Origin: Rhodospirillaceae bacterium
Lineage (GTDB): Bacteria > Pseudomonadota > Alphaproteobacteria > Rhodospirillales > Casp-alpha2
DNA: 64,000 nucleotides
Direction of reading: 5' to 3'
Assembly: GCA_016845145.1 (NCBI GenBank)
Contig: JAERTE010000098.1
Location: 8,889-72,888 of the forward strand
Shown: positions 54,913 through 64,000 of the stretch, in pieces
Layout: each line of letters opens with the position of its first letter
How positions within the stretch are numbered: position 1 is the stretch's first letter
Position numbers and translations under genes: made by a program
Notes under the pieces: model-generated
The model's input: only the letters and a program-made list of their open reading frames with translations
Database searches by the model: none
Told to the model about the DNA's origin: nothing

Positions 54913-54928
54913 CCAATTGCGATACGGT

Positions 54929-56140
54929 TTATGACGCCATCGTCAACCTGATCAACGTAATCTCAGACGGCACGCCAAAGCGCTTCGGCGGCCCCCAATA
55001 CCCCGTGCCCCGACTGGTATAGACCCATAGCTTGCCGAGACGGTGCAGCCCCGCCGTATAGGGTTGCTGCATGCGCACGAAGTGGTTCCAGGGCCAGAAC
55101 TGCCCGCCGTGGGTATGACCGGAGAGCTGCAAATCAAACCCGGCCTCAAGCGCGCCGTCGGCAGACCGTGGCTGATGCGCGAGCAACACCTTCGGCGCAT
55201 CGGCTGGACTTCCCGCGAGAGCGGCTTTCGGGTCACTGGTGCGGTTCGGATCATTGCGCGCCGCGCTGAAATCATTGATGCCGGCAACGACCAATTCGGC
55301 GCCGTTGTGTTCAATCACGGCATGCTGGTTCTCTAGGGTGCGCAATCCCAACCGGCGAAATTCCTCCATCCATTCGTCGGCACCGGAATAATACTCGTGG
55401 TTTCCGGTAACGACATAAGCGCCGTAGCGGGCACGAAGGCCTTCCAAAGGCGCTGTATCGCCGGCAAGCCGGGCAACCTTCCCGTCAACCACGTCGCCGG
55501 TAATCGCGATGATATCAGCCCCCAATCCATTGACCCGTTCGACAACCCCCCGCACATAATCACCCTTGATCGTGGAACCGACATGAATATCTGTGATTTG
55601 CGCTATCGTGAAGCCTTGCAGGGCCGACGGCAGATTTTCCAATGGAATATCGACGCGGACCACCGTTGCCAGCCGGCGCGCATTAAAAAACCCGATCCCC
55701 GTGACGACCACGGATACCAGCAGAACCAAAAGCGCGCTTTCAGGAACCCAAGCCTGAAAGGCCGGGACCCACAACGCAATATCGCGGGCCAAGGAGAGGA
55801 CCAACAGCGATGAAAACCACCCCATGGTCAATGAGCCGACCCAATTAAGTCGTTCGACAACGACCGGGCTGGATACAAACTGCGAAGCCAACGTACCGAT
55901 CGGTATCAGTACGGCAGAGATCGCCAACACCACTCCGCCCAGCAGCAGCAACGGCATTTCCAGCGGTAGTTCCGCTAACAGACTCCATCCGACATAGAGG
56001 TGGGCCAACGCAAAGATAAGCAGTGCCTTGTAGGCGAACTTGCGCATCCTAGCGCGGCGCGGTGAAATGGGCGGCCCGGGCTCTCTCTCGGGATCACAGC
56101 GAGGAGTGTCGGTCGTCGCTTGGTTCTCAGCTACAGCCAC
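54929..56140 (-). CDS. Membrane-anchored metallophosphoesterase (YkuE/calcineurin-like)
   Basis: 403 aa. N-terminal TM helices. Phosphoesterase motifs QITDIHVG, ITGDVVDG, VTGNHEYY, SGHTHGGQ. GTG start with AGGAAAGG upstream; the ATG at 56047 is an alternative. Confidence 0.85.
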   Translation of the reverse strand: MAVAENQATTDTPRCDPEREPGPPISPRRARMRKFAYKALLIFALAHLYVGWSLLAELPLEMPLLLLGGVVLAISAVLIPIGTLASQFVSSPVVVERLNWVGSLTMGWFSSLLVLSLARDIALWVPAFQAWVPESALLVLLVSVVVTGIGFFNARRLATVVRVDIPLENLPSALQGFTIAQITDIHVGSTIKGDYVRGVVERVNGLGADIIAITGDVVDGKVARLAGDTAPLEGLRARYGAYVVTGNHEYYSGADEWMEEFRRLGLRTLENQHAVIEHNGAELVVAGINDFSAARNDPNRTSDPKAALAGSPADAPKVLLAHQPRSADGALEAGFDLQLSGHTHGGQFWPWNHFVRMQQPYTAGLHRLGKLWVYTSRGTGYWGPPKRFGVPSEITLIRLTMAS

Positions 56141-56223
56141 ACAAGGGCCTTTCCTTCCCGGATCAAGTTATATTGAGTTGGGTCGATACTGGCCGATTTC
56201 AAGGTGCGAACAAACGAAGCAGC

Positions 56224-56832
56224 TCACGTATGCGACCAATCATTTTGATCGCTGCTGTTATTCGGAGACAGCCCCAGAATATCGCCCTCGGTGGAGCACC
56301 CCAGCCCGAGCACAGTACGGTTAGCGTAACAAAAATACGCCGTCACCTGATTGATCTCGAGAATTTCGCCGTCATCCCACCCCGATTTTCGTAGATCCGC
56401 AATATCGCTTTCGGCGATCTTGGCAGGAGCCAAGGTCAACGCCTTGGCGTAGGCTAAGGCGGCCTTGTGGTGTGGTTCAAATGGGCCGTTCTCAATGTTT
56501 CCGCTGGTCAATGCCAGCTGAATTTCCCGTGCTCGATTGTCATCGTCCAGCAGCCGAACGAGCCCTGTGAAATGATGGTCAACGCAATAGTCACAGTTAT
56601 TCAGGCCACTGACCCATACGCCGATGGTTTCCAAAAACCACTTGGGCACCGTATTCGCCGCATGATGCAGGACGTACTTATAGATCGCCATGTGCCCTTC
56701 CATGGAATGCGGCCGTAGGCTGTGGGCCATCATGATGTTGTCGACATTGTCATCAGGCCCTTTGATACGGTCATAGAGCTTGCGCAATCGGCCGGCCGAT
56801 TCGCTGTAACTGACCGTCTTTATCCAAGTCAT
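56224..56832 (-). CDS. Carboxymuconolactone decarboxylase / AhpD-like peroxidase-related protein
   Basis: 202 aa. CxxC-type motif NNCDYCVDHH in a CMD-family context. Confidence 0.75.
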   Translation of the reverse strand: MTWIKTVSYSESAGRLRKLYDRIKGPDDNVDNIMMAHSLRPHSMEGHMAIYKYVLHHAANTVPKWFLETIGVWVSGLNNCDYCVDHHFTGLVRLLDDDNRAREIQLALTSGNIENGPFEPHHKAALAYAKALTLAPAKIAESDIADLRKSGWDDGEILEINQVTAYFCYANRTVLGLGCSTEGDILGLSPNNSSDQNDWSHT

Positions 56833-57136
56833 GGTGATTTCCCGTCAATGTGGCGGCGTGATGGTCTTCCGATCAATGTATAACAAACGGCAAATTCGCT
56901 CAGATTGCAATTTGTTCTCATTTATCAGTCGCTTCGCCCCTTTTTCAACGCACTTGAATTGCCCGTGAATATACGAATCGGGACTCACTCTCGATTGCAT
57001 CCTCATACATTGCATGTCCGATATTTGCGTGACTACGGCGCGACTTCGTACACTTAGCATTCCTCAGAGCCATCGGCGCAGCTCGTGTCGACGTCGACAA
57101 CTGTAGAGCCGGGGGAGAGGCTGAAGGAGGTACGCA

Positions 57137-57316
57137 ATGAAATGGGTGTTGGTGTTAATCGTGTTGCAAGGCGTGAAGCCGGCTGTTGAGCAAGGCGGTG
57201 TCTATGTCTCCATGGTGGATTGCTTTACCGCGCGTCAACTTTTCATGGAAGCCAATTTGAGCCAGCGGCCGGCACAGGCGGTATGTATCCGCACAACCGG
57301 AATCGAGACGCACTGA
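57137..57316 (+). CDS. 59-aa hypothetical small protein (below the ORF-track cutoff)
   Basis: GAAGGAGG lies 6 nt upstream of the ATG. Product: MKWVLVLIVLQGVKPAVEQGGVYVSMVDCFTARQLFMEANLSQRPAQAVCIRTTGIETH. Hydrophobic N-terminus and two Cys. Confidence 0.45.
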   Translation: MKWVLVLIVLQGVKPAVEQGGVYVSMVDCFTARQLFMEANLSQRPAQAVCIRTTGIETH

Positions 57317-57412
57317 CGATTTGGTATCGGAAACCAGCCGATCCGTGTTGTCATCGAAGCTGCTGTTGTCGACTGCCGAGAGCTATAGGGCCGGCAGTCC
57401 GGTCCATTGCCG

Positions 57413-58024
57413 CTATTTCCGGTGGCCTCCGTCCAGTCCCGCTTCGGCCATCGACTCCAATTCTCGAAAGCTGCGCCGGTTGTGGCTGAATGCAGCGACC
57501 TTATCGATGGATTTTCCGTCATCACTGAGTGGCAACCTGAGATATTGATAAGTGAAATCACGAGTCTCATCGACAACGACGTCAATGGAAAACCATATCG
57601 GCTTTCGGCGTTCTATTATCACCGCATACTGGCTGATCACAGTCTCCGCCAATTCCAGAGGAGCTAGGTTGCGAACACTTTTACCCGTCATGTCGTGGAG
57701 TTGCAGTGCGCCGCGGGCCGTTCCCCAGAACCGATAAATGTAGTCGGTCCCGCCATCGATTACATCGACCACGCTGCACCAAGGCACAACCTGCGGATCC
57801 AATTCGTCCAAGTGAAAATCTGCCCAAGTCGGCGCAAAGCGATCATGCCTGACCTCATGCCAATAGCTAACCACAGTACCCAGGACATCGGGCAACCCGT
57901 CCATTGACGTATCATCAACACGCGTCGAAATCTCCAGTCCCAAATCCGACCTTTTGAACCTCCTAAAATTAGGCACAGAATCGTAGCACGGAAGGTTTTC
58001 AGATACGAAGGCTAGCGAACTCAC
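57413..58024 (-). CDS. PAS_5 (PF07310, former DUF1457)-type PAS domain protein
   Basis: 203 aa. Pattern VVSYWHEVRHDRFAPTWADFHLDELDPQVVPWCSVVDV...YIYRFWGT...YQYLRLPLSDDG matches my recollection of PAS_5. GTG start. Confidence 0.65.
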   Translation of the reverse strand: MSSLAFVSENLPCYDSVPNFRRFKRSDLGLEISTRVDDTSMDGLPDVLGTVVSYWHEVRHDRFAPTWADFHLDELDPQVVPWCSVVDVIDGGTDYIYRFWGTARGALQLHDMTGKSVRNLAPLELAETVISQYAVIIERRKPIWFSIDVVVDETRDFTYQYLRLPLSDDGKSIDKVAAFSHNRRSFRELESMAEAGLDGGHRK

Positions 58025-58057
58025 AATTTCCCAGCGACTTCCGCATTTCCGTCAATC

Positions 58058-58945
58058 TCATTCCCCCCGGTCCAACACATTGATCAATGCCGGAAAGTAG
58101 TTCTCGGCAAAACCCGCCTCGGCAGTCTCTTCGAGTAGGCTTTTGGCCAATTCAGCACCCGGCATGCGGACGCCTTGTTCCCCGCCCAATTCGAGCGCAT
58201 AAGCGACATCCTTGAGCATATAGGTGGTGGGAAACGCGCGTTCGGGAAATTCGCCCGGCAGCAATGCCTTCATGCCGTGGTTGCGCAATGCAAAGCTGTC
58301 GGCGGAACATTTGGTCAGGGTTTCAAACAGCAACTTATCATCCAAACCCGCGCGGCGCCCGACGCTCAAAGCCTCAGCCAGCGCCACCACTGTCTCGGTC
58401 AGCACCATGTTGTTGAGCTGCTTCACCACTTGGCCGGCGCCGATATCGCCGCAAAGCGTCACTTCCTCGGCAAAACAATCCAGCAGCGGCTTTATATCGG
58501 CAAATGTCGCCTCGTCGCCGCCCACGAGGATGGAAAGCGTCCCGGCCTCAGCGGCGGCACGGGTCCGTGATACCGGCGCATCGGCAAAGGCGGCACCCCG
58601 GCCGGCGAAGTCCTGAGCCAACTGACGGGTTAATGGAACGGGCGTGGTCCCCAGGTCGACGATAGTTTGCCCCTTTCGCGTCAAAGACAGAATTCCCCCT
58701 TCCATATTGCAAAGTGCATCGACTTCCGCGCCGCTGGGCAAGGAGAACAGAACCACATCGGCGCGCTCCATAACCTGATCAAGGTTCTGCGCCGGTGCCA
58801 CGCCATAGGCAGCGAGACGCTCCATGGGTTCGTGGCTAAGATCAAAACCGATCACACCGAGGCCACTTTTCTGCACCAAATTCCGGCACATGGGCTCACC
58901 CATGACCCCAAGCCCGACAAAACCCACTGTTTCGAAATTCGCCAT
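58058..58945 (-). CDS. NAD(P)-dependent beta-hydroxyacid dehydrogenase (3-hydroxyisobutyrate / L-threonate dehydrogenase-like)
   Basis: 295 aa. GFVGLGVMGEPM Rossmann motif and the HIBADH family pattern. Confidence 0.85.
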   Translation of the reverse strand: MANFETVGFVGLGVMGEPMCRNLVQKSGLGVIGFDLSHEPMERLAAYGVAPAQNLDQVMERADVVLFSLPSGAEVDALCNMEGGILSLTRKGQTIVDLGTTPVPLTRQLAQDFAGRGAAFADAPVSRTRAAAEAGTLSILVGGDEATFADIKPLLDCFAEEVTLCGDIGAGQVVKQLNNMVLTETVVALAEALSVGRRAGLDDKLLFETLTKCSADSFALRNHGMKALLPGEFPERAFPTTYMLKDVAYALELGGEQGVRMPGAELAKSLLEETAEAGFAENYFPALINVLDRGE

Positions 58946-58948
58946 AGA

Positions 58949-59917
58949 TTATCTCCCCTTAGATATTTCTTGCTCCGCCATATAGACGGCAATAATTTCA
59001 TCTTCGCCGGTATCGGCTTCGAAACCCAACGCCTTGGCGCGGTCGGCCTCGAAATCGCCGGGCCAAGACTGCACGATAGATGCAATGTCCGCATCGAAGT
59101 GCCACTCTACGCGCGCCACTGCCTCGGCCCCCGCCAACCGCCCGAGCGCCGCAATCCAATCGTCCGTACGAACGGAAATCCCCGGCAGGGATATAACCCG
59201 ATCACTGCCAAGGCTTGCAGCCGGTATCCCGAGCGCGTGGACCATGGCATCGACCGCACGGGCCGGCGACATCAACCAAAGCGGAGTCTCCGCCGCAACC
59301 GGGCAAACTGCCGACTCACCATTCAAAGGCTCGCGAATCACCGACGAAACGAAAGATGATGCCGCACGGTTGGGTTTTCCCGGCCTGACCGCAATCGTCG
59401 GCAAACGCAACACGCGACCGTCGACGAAGCCCTTGCGGCTGTACTCGCTCACCAGCCGCTCGCAAATGGCTTTCTCCGCACCGTAAGACGATTGCGGCGC
59501 CGGCTGCCAGTTGTCGGGCACTTGTGGCGGTAGATCGCCGCCGAACACGGCGATGGAACTGGTCATCATGAATTTCGGGCTATTACCTTGCGTGCGACTG
59601 GCTTCCAGCAACCCCCGTGTACCGTCGACATTGATACGCATGCCGAGATCGAAATCGGCCTCCGCTTCTGAGCTAACGACGGCAGCCAAGTGGATGACGA
59701 CATCAAGCTCGTCTGCAAACGCTTGGCGGCGCAGGTCCTCATCCAGCAAATCTCCTTGCAGGGAAACAACCTCCGTTTCAGTGTTGATAACCACAGGCCC
59801 CGGTTGGTGATCCCACATGATCAACTTGCTGATCGGTTGTTCCATTCGATCTACGAGCGCGCGGACCAGCCGTTGGCCGAGAAACCCGGCGGCACCCGTT
59901 ATCAGAACTCTAGACAA
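58949..59917 (-). CDS. NAD-dependent epimerase/dehydratase-family oxidoreductase, D-erythronate dehydrogenase (DenD)-like
   Basis: 322 aa. TTG start with GGAGGA upstream. LITGAAGFLGQRL. SYGAEK (Y-x3-K). RLPTIAVRPGKPNRAASSFVSSVIREPLNG, a block I associate with the DenD family. Confidence 0.7.
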   Translation of the reverse strand: MSRVLITGAAGFLGQRLVRALVDRMEQPISKLIMWDHQPGPVVINTETEVVSLQGDLLDEDLRRQAFADELDVVIHLAAVVSSEAEADFDLGMRINVDGTRGLLEASRTQGNSPKFMMTSSIAVFGGDLPPQVPDNWQPAPQSSYGAEKAICERLVSEYSRKGFVDGRVLRLPTIAVRPGKPNRAASSFVSSVIREPLNGESAVCPVAAETPLWLMSPARAVDAMVHALGIPAASLGSDRVISLPGISVRTDDWIAALGRLAGAEAVARVEWHFDADIASIVQSWPGDFEADRAKALGFEADTGEDEIIAVYMAEQEISKGR

Positions 59918-60137
59918 ATGAATTCCTCCCCAGCTCTTCGGCGCAATCCCTGAACAGGATTGATAGCACTGGGCGTCCGGGCGGGAAACATGTCACGTGA
60001 GTGGTCTACAAATCTGGCCAACAACATCAAATTTACGACTTAAAATTGTCTTATTTAGGCTTTATACAGATAATTATTGATTTTTTGATTGTGTTGAATA
60101 ATATTTCAGCACTCATAACGTGTGAAAGGTCGATTTC

Positions 60138-60839
60138 ATGAACGCTATTACTGACCATCTGCATCTGTCGCGCTATATCTCAGAGATTGATCGATTCGCA
60201 TCCGATGCTGGATTGCATCTGGAGTTGTGTCGGGACTTCCGAGAATTCCGCGACATTCGTAAAACCATGAACGATCGCTCGCCCATGTCGCCGATTTTCG
60301 ATCCGTCGACAACCGATGTCGGCCCCGGCAACGGTTTCTGGCTGAAAGGAACGGATACAGAGGGAAAATTGGTGCATTTGCAGGCAACGCGCTGCAGTGA
60401 TCTCGTCGATATCAGCCTCGCCGATCATTTGTTCGAACTGAGAAGACTTTACCGCCTGCCTGGCTTAAATATGGAAACTGACGTGCAGCGCGATTCGATG
60501 AGCGCGCCAGCACTGCAGCGTATCTCTGGAAAAGTCTGTTACCACGGCGAGATATGGCTTGATGAATCGTTACGCGGCAAAGGACTGTCCGCCGTGCTGC
60601 CGCGCTTATTGCTGGCGTTGGTACTCGTCAAATGGGCGCCGGATTTCGTCTTTGGGTTCGTGCCCACCAAACTCGCCTATCGCGGCATCCAGGCGCAATA
60701 CGGATACATGCACGTGGAACCGGGCGGCATCCTTGGTCAAAAACCGACTGAAGACGCACCGATCAACAAATGGCTGGTATGGCTCAGCCGGCAGGATCTC
60801 ATGCACTTAATGCGGTTTGAACCGGGATTGGGATACTAA
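60138..60839 (+). CDS. Hypothetical protein, possibly GNAT-like acyltransferase fold
   Basis: 233 aa. LRGKGLSAVL resembles the acyl-CoA-binding R/Q-x-x-G-x-G/A motif. AT-rich upstream region. The 3' end overlaps the convergent ORF by 41 nt. Confidence 0.5.
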   Translation: MNAITDHLHLSRYISEIDRFASDAGLHLELCRDFREFRDIRKTMNDRSPMSPIFDPSTTDVGPGNGFWLKGTDTEGKLVHLQATRCSDLVDISLADHLFELRRLYRLPGLNMETDVQRDSMSAPALQRISGKVCYHGEIWLDESLRGKGLSAVLPRLLLALVLVKWAPDFVFGFVPTKLAYRGIQAQYGYMHVEPGGILGQKPTEDAPINKWLVWLSRQDLMHLMRFEPGLGY

Positions 60840-61716
60840 CATCCGGCGTCGTCGCCGACAGGCAGACGAGCGTCGGGCGTCGACGCCGGGTCTGCACCGG
60901 CATCAGCAAACGCTGATAGGAAATCCACTCAATTTCTCCATCAGCGCGCGGGATACAGGCCCGAATATGATCGAACCGCGGTTGGAATTGTTCAAGCACC
61001 TTCCGATACACATTGCTCAAAACATCGCCTGCCGGGGTTTCAATCAGCGCCCGTCCACATGTCTTGCCAAGCACCGATTCAGCCCACCGGCGTCCTTTGA
61101 CTCTGATCAGCGCGGCATCACGCCCGAGATGGCGATACACCAGCCCGTCCGAGACTTCGTCTTGTTCAAATACAAGCGTACGTTTCAAATGGCTGCGCCA
61201 TGGCCTTTCCGGCGCCAGGCAAAACTCCGCCTCGCTCGCCAACCAGGCACGAAACCCACGCTGTACCATAGGCCTCGCACAATCGATATCCGCCAAACTC
61301 ATCTGTTTGACGAACGGCTTGATGATCGGCGAAGTCGGGCGCAGTTGTTTGGCGGCGTCGAGAAGTGCAGCCGCTTCTCGGGGCGTCTCGACCGCACGCC
61401 GCTCCCAACCGCCGAAGTGATAATCAATCAGGATCTGGCGCGGATGTTTTTGCGACAAAAGGTATGTGATAACGGAGTCCAATGATTTCGGATCGAAATT
61501 GTTGACGCTCCAGCGGATGGTAATCCTGACGTCACTTATGCAAACATTCACCATACCCAAATAGAACATGGATACTTTGTCGAATTCCTGCCTGGCTTCG
61601 CGGTCAAAACCGGCAAAGCCGGGCATGATTTCGCTCGGGTTCAGCCAGCTGCCGGAATCGTCGACCGTCCAGACTCCGGTTTCACGGTCACCGGGTCCAG
61701 AGCGGTCAGAAATCAA
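60799..61716 (-). CDS. Hypothetical protein: unknown N-terminal domain + PAS_5-like C-terminal half
   Basis: 305 aa. The C-terminal LVYRHLGRDAALIRV...SNVYRKVLEQFQPRF...ISYQRLLMPV resembles the PAS_5 pattern. The start is uncertain; the ATG giving MPGFAGFDRE... is an alternative. Lies 47 nt downstream of the XRE gene. Confidence 0.55.
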   Translation of the reverse strand: MISDRSGPGDRETGVWTVDDSGSWLNPSEIMPGFAGFDREARQEFDKVSMFYLGMVNVCISDVRITIRWSVNNFDPKSLDSVITYLLSQKHPRQILIDYHFGGWERRAVETPREAAALLDAAKQLRPTSPIIKPFVKQMSLADIDCARPMVQRGFRAWLASEAEFCLAPERPWRSHLKRTLVFEQDEVSDGLVYRHLGRDAALIRVKGRRWAESVLGKTCGRALIETPAGDVLSNVYRKVLEQFQPRFDHIRACIPRADGEIEWISYQRLLMPVQTRRRRPTLVCLSATTPDVSIPIPVQTALSA

Positions 61717-61763
61717 AGAAAGCTGTGTGCGATCAGATATCGTCTTCAGTCCTTTACAACTCG

Positions 61764-62117
61764 TCAGGCGGATTTCGCGTAGGATCTTACCAGCCTGAGG
61801 AAATGGGTTTTAACATTGTCGTCGGCGATTTCATCGATCTCTTTCGCCAACTTGATCGCGCGTGAGGTCAAGGCCGGTTCGGGTTCTCCTGCTGTGCCAC
61901 GAGCCAACCCATCAAAGAAATAGACGATCGGTTGATCCAAAACCTTACACATATCCCACAATCGGCTCGAACCGACGCGATTGGTCCCTTTCTCATATTT
62001 CTGGACTTGCTGAAAACTGACGCCAAGCGCATTTCCCAGATCAGTCTGTGTCATTCCTTTCGCCAAGCGAGCCTCGCGGATACGGCGGCCAACGTGAACG
62101 TCTGTCGGATGAGGCAT
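61764..62117 (-). CDS. XRE-family HTH transcriptional regulator (PraR/PhrR-like short alphaproteobacterial type)
   Basis: 117 aa. VGRRIREARLAKGMTQTDLGNALGVSFQQVQKYEKGTNRVGSSRL. Confidence 0.88.
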   Translation of the reverse strand: MPHPTDVHVGRRIREARLAKGMTQTDLGNALGVSFQQVQKYEKGTNRVGSSRLWDMCKVLDQPIVYFFDGLARGTAGEPEPALTSRAIKLAKEIDEIADDNVKTHFLRLVRSYAKSA

Positions 62118-62195
62118 TAATATTCTCCCGTTTTAGAGCATCGAAGGGTATCCCAAGCGCCCAAGCACCGAAATACGGATTTGTTTTTCAATTCC

Positions 62196-62207
62196 GGACA
62201 ATTGTCC
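62196..62207. promoter_or_regulatory. Perfect 12-bp palindrome GGACAATTGTCC upstream of the XRE gene (candidate operator)
   Basis: Lies 79 bp upstream of the XRE ATG, in an AT-rich intergenic region. Confidence 0.3.
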
Positions 62208-62369
62208 CCCGACCCCTGGATGGAAAATATTCCGACTCCAGTCAACATCAAATTCGTAAAAACACCTCGACATTTCCAAATTGTTCGCACCGCGAACCGA
62301 TGCACACGCAATAGATTAACATGAATACTCTTTAGTCTTCAAATAATTGCAAAAACCAAATGACCTGCC

Positions 62370-64000
<1,631 letters not shown>

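Noticed and set aside
56845-57060. 71-aa minus-strand ORF upstream of the AhpD-like gene.
   Set aside because: No SD, AT-rich promoter-like sequence, no recognisable family.

Overview
GC-rich chromosomal segment (GC not computed). It looks alphaproteobacterial, probably Rhodospirillales-like. This is inferred from gene content: a split F0 operon atpI-atpB-atpE-atpF'-atpF with both b and b' subunits, the glyQ-glyS-ppdK block, the mutY/DUF721-dsbA-smc block and PAS_5 paralogs. I call about 58 protein genes and one tRNA-Pro(CGG). I saw no rRNA, CRISPR array, transposase, integrase, phage gene or recognisable defence system.

Layout:
- 1-2.7 kb: two tandem CorC/CNNM genes.
- 3.0-7.2 kb: phosphate module. 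phoB-phoR lies divergent from a DUF47-PiT operon, and the shared intergenic region holds phased Pho boxes.
- 7.5-17.8 kb: housekeeping genes (HIT, ppdK, glyS, glyQ, S49 peptidase, methyltransferase, DUF2007, ispB, tRNA-Pro).
- 17.9-42.2 kb: a catabolic/transport block of about 24 kb. It holds a cytoplasmic Cys-type sulfatase, an atypical soluble SdhA/SdhB-like flavoprotein + Fe-S pair, and EamA. It also holds a beta-oxidation-like set: crotonase, ADP-forming acyl-CoA synthetase, SDR, thiolase-like protein + DUF35, and two ACADs. It further holds two TAXI-TRAP systems, an orphan membrane-anchored DctP-type binding protein, USP, a class-III aminotransferase and RpiR.
- 42.4-54.4 kb: core genes (apt, mutY, DUF721/DciA-like, dsbA-like, smc, a PlsB-like acyltransferase + alpha/beta hydrolase operon, the F0 operon).
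- 54.4-62.3 kb: a patchy, partly AT-rich accessory stretch. It holds a small secreted protein, a membrane metallophosphoesterase, an AhpD-like protein, two PAS_5-type proteins, a DenD/LtnD-like dehydrogenase pair, a GNAT-like ORF and an XRE regulator.
- 62.4-64.0 kb: 3' part of ligA.

I found no clear-cut novel system. The best candidates for follow-up are:
- the flavoprotein/Fe-S pair next to the sulfatase;
- the thiolase-like (apparently Cys-less) + DUF35 + heteromeric-ACAD module, which uses an ADP-forming CoA ligase;
- a structured 245-nt leader in front of the second TAXI-TRAP operon;
- the membrane-anchored orphan DctP;
- the alpha/beta-hydrolase + PlsB-like operon;
- the XRE / unknown-PAS_5-like / GNAT-like module.

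Everything here comes from reading the sequence and ORF track by eye. No searches or folding programs were run.
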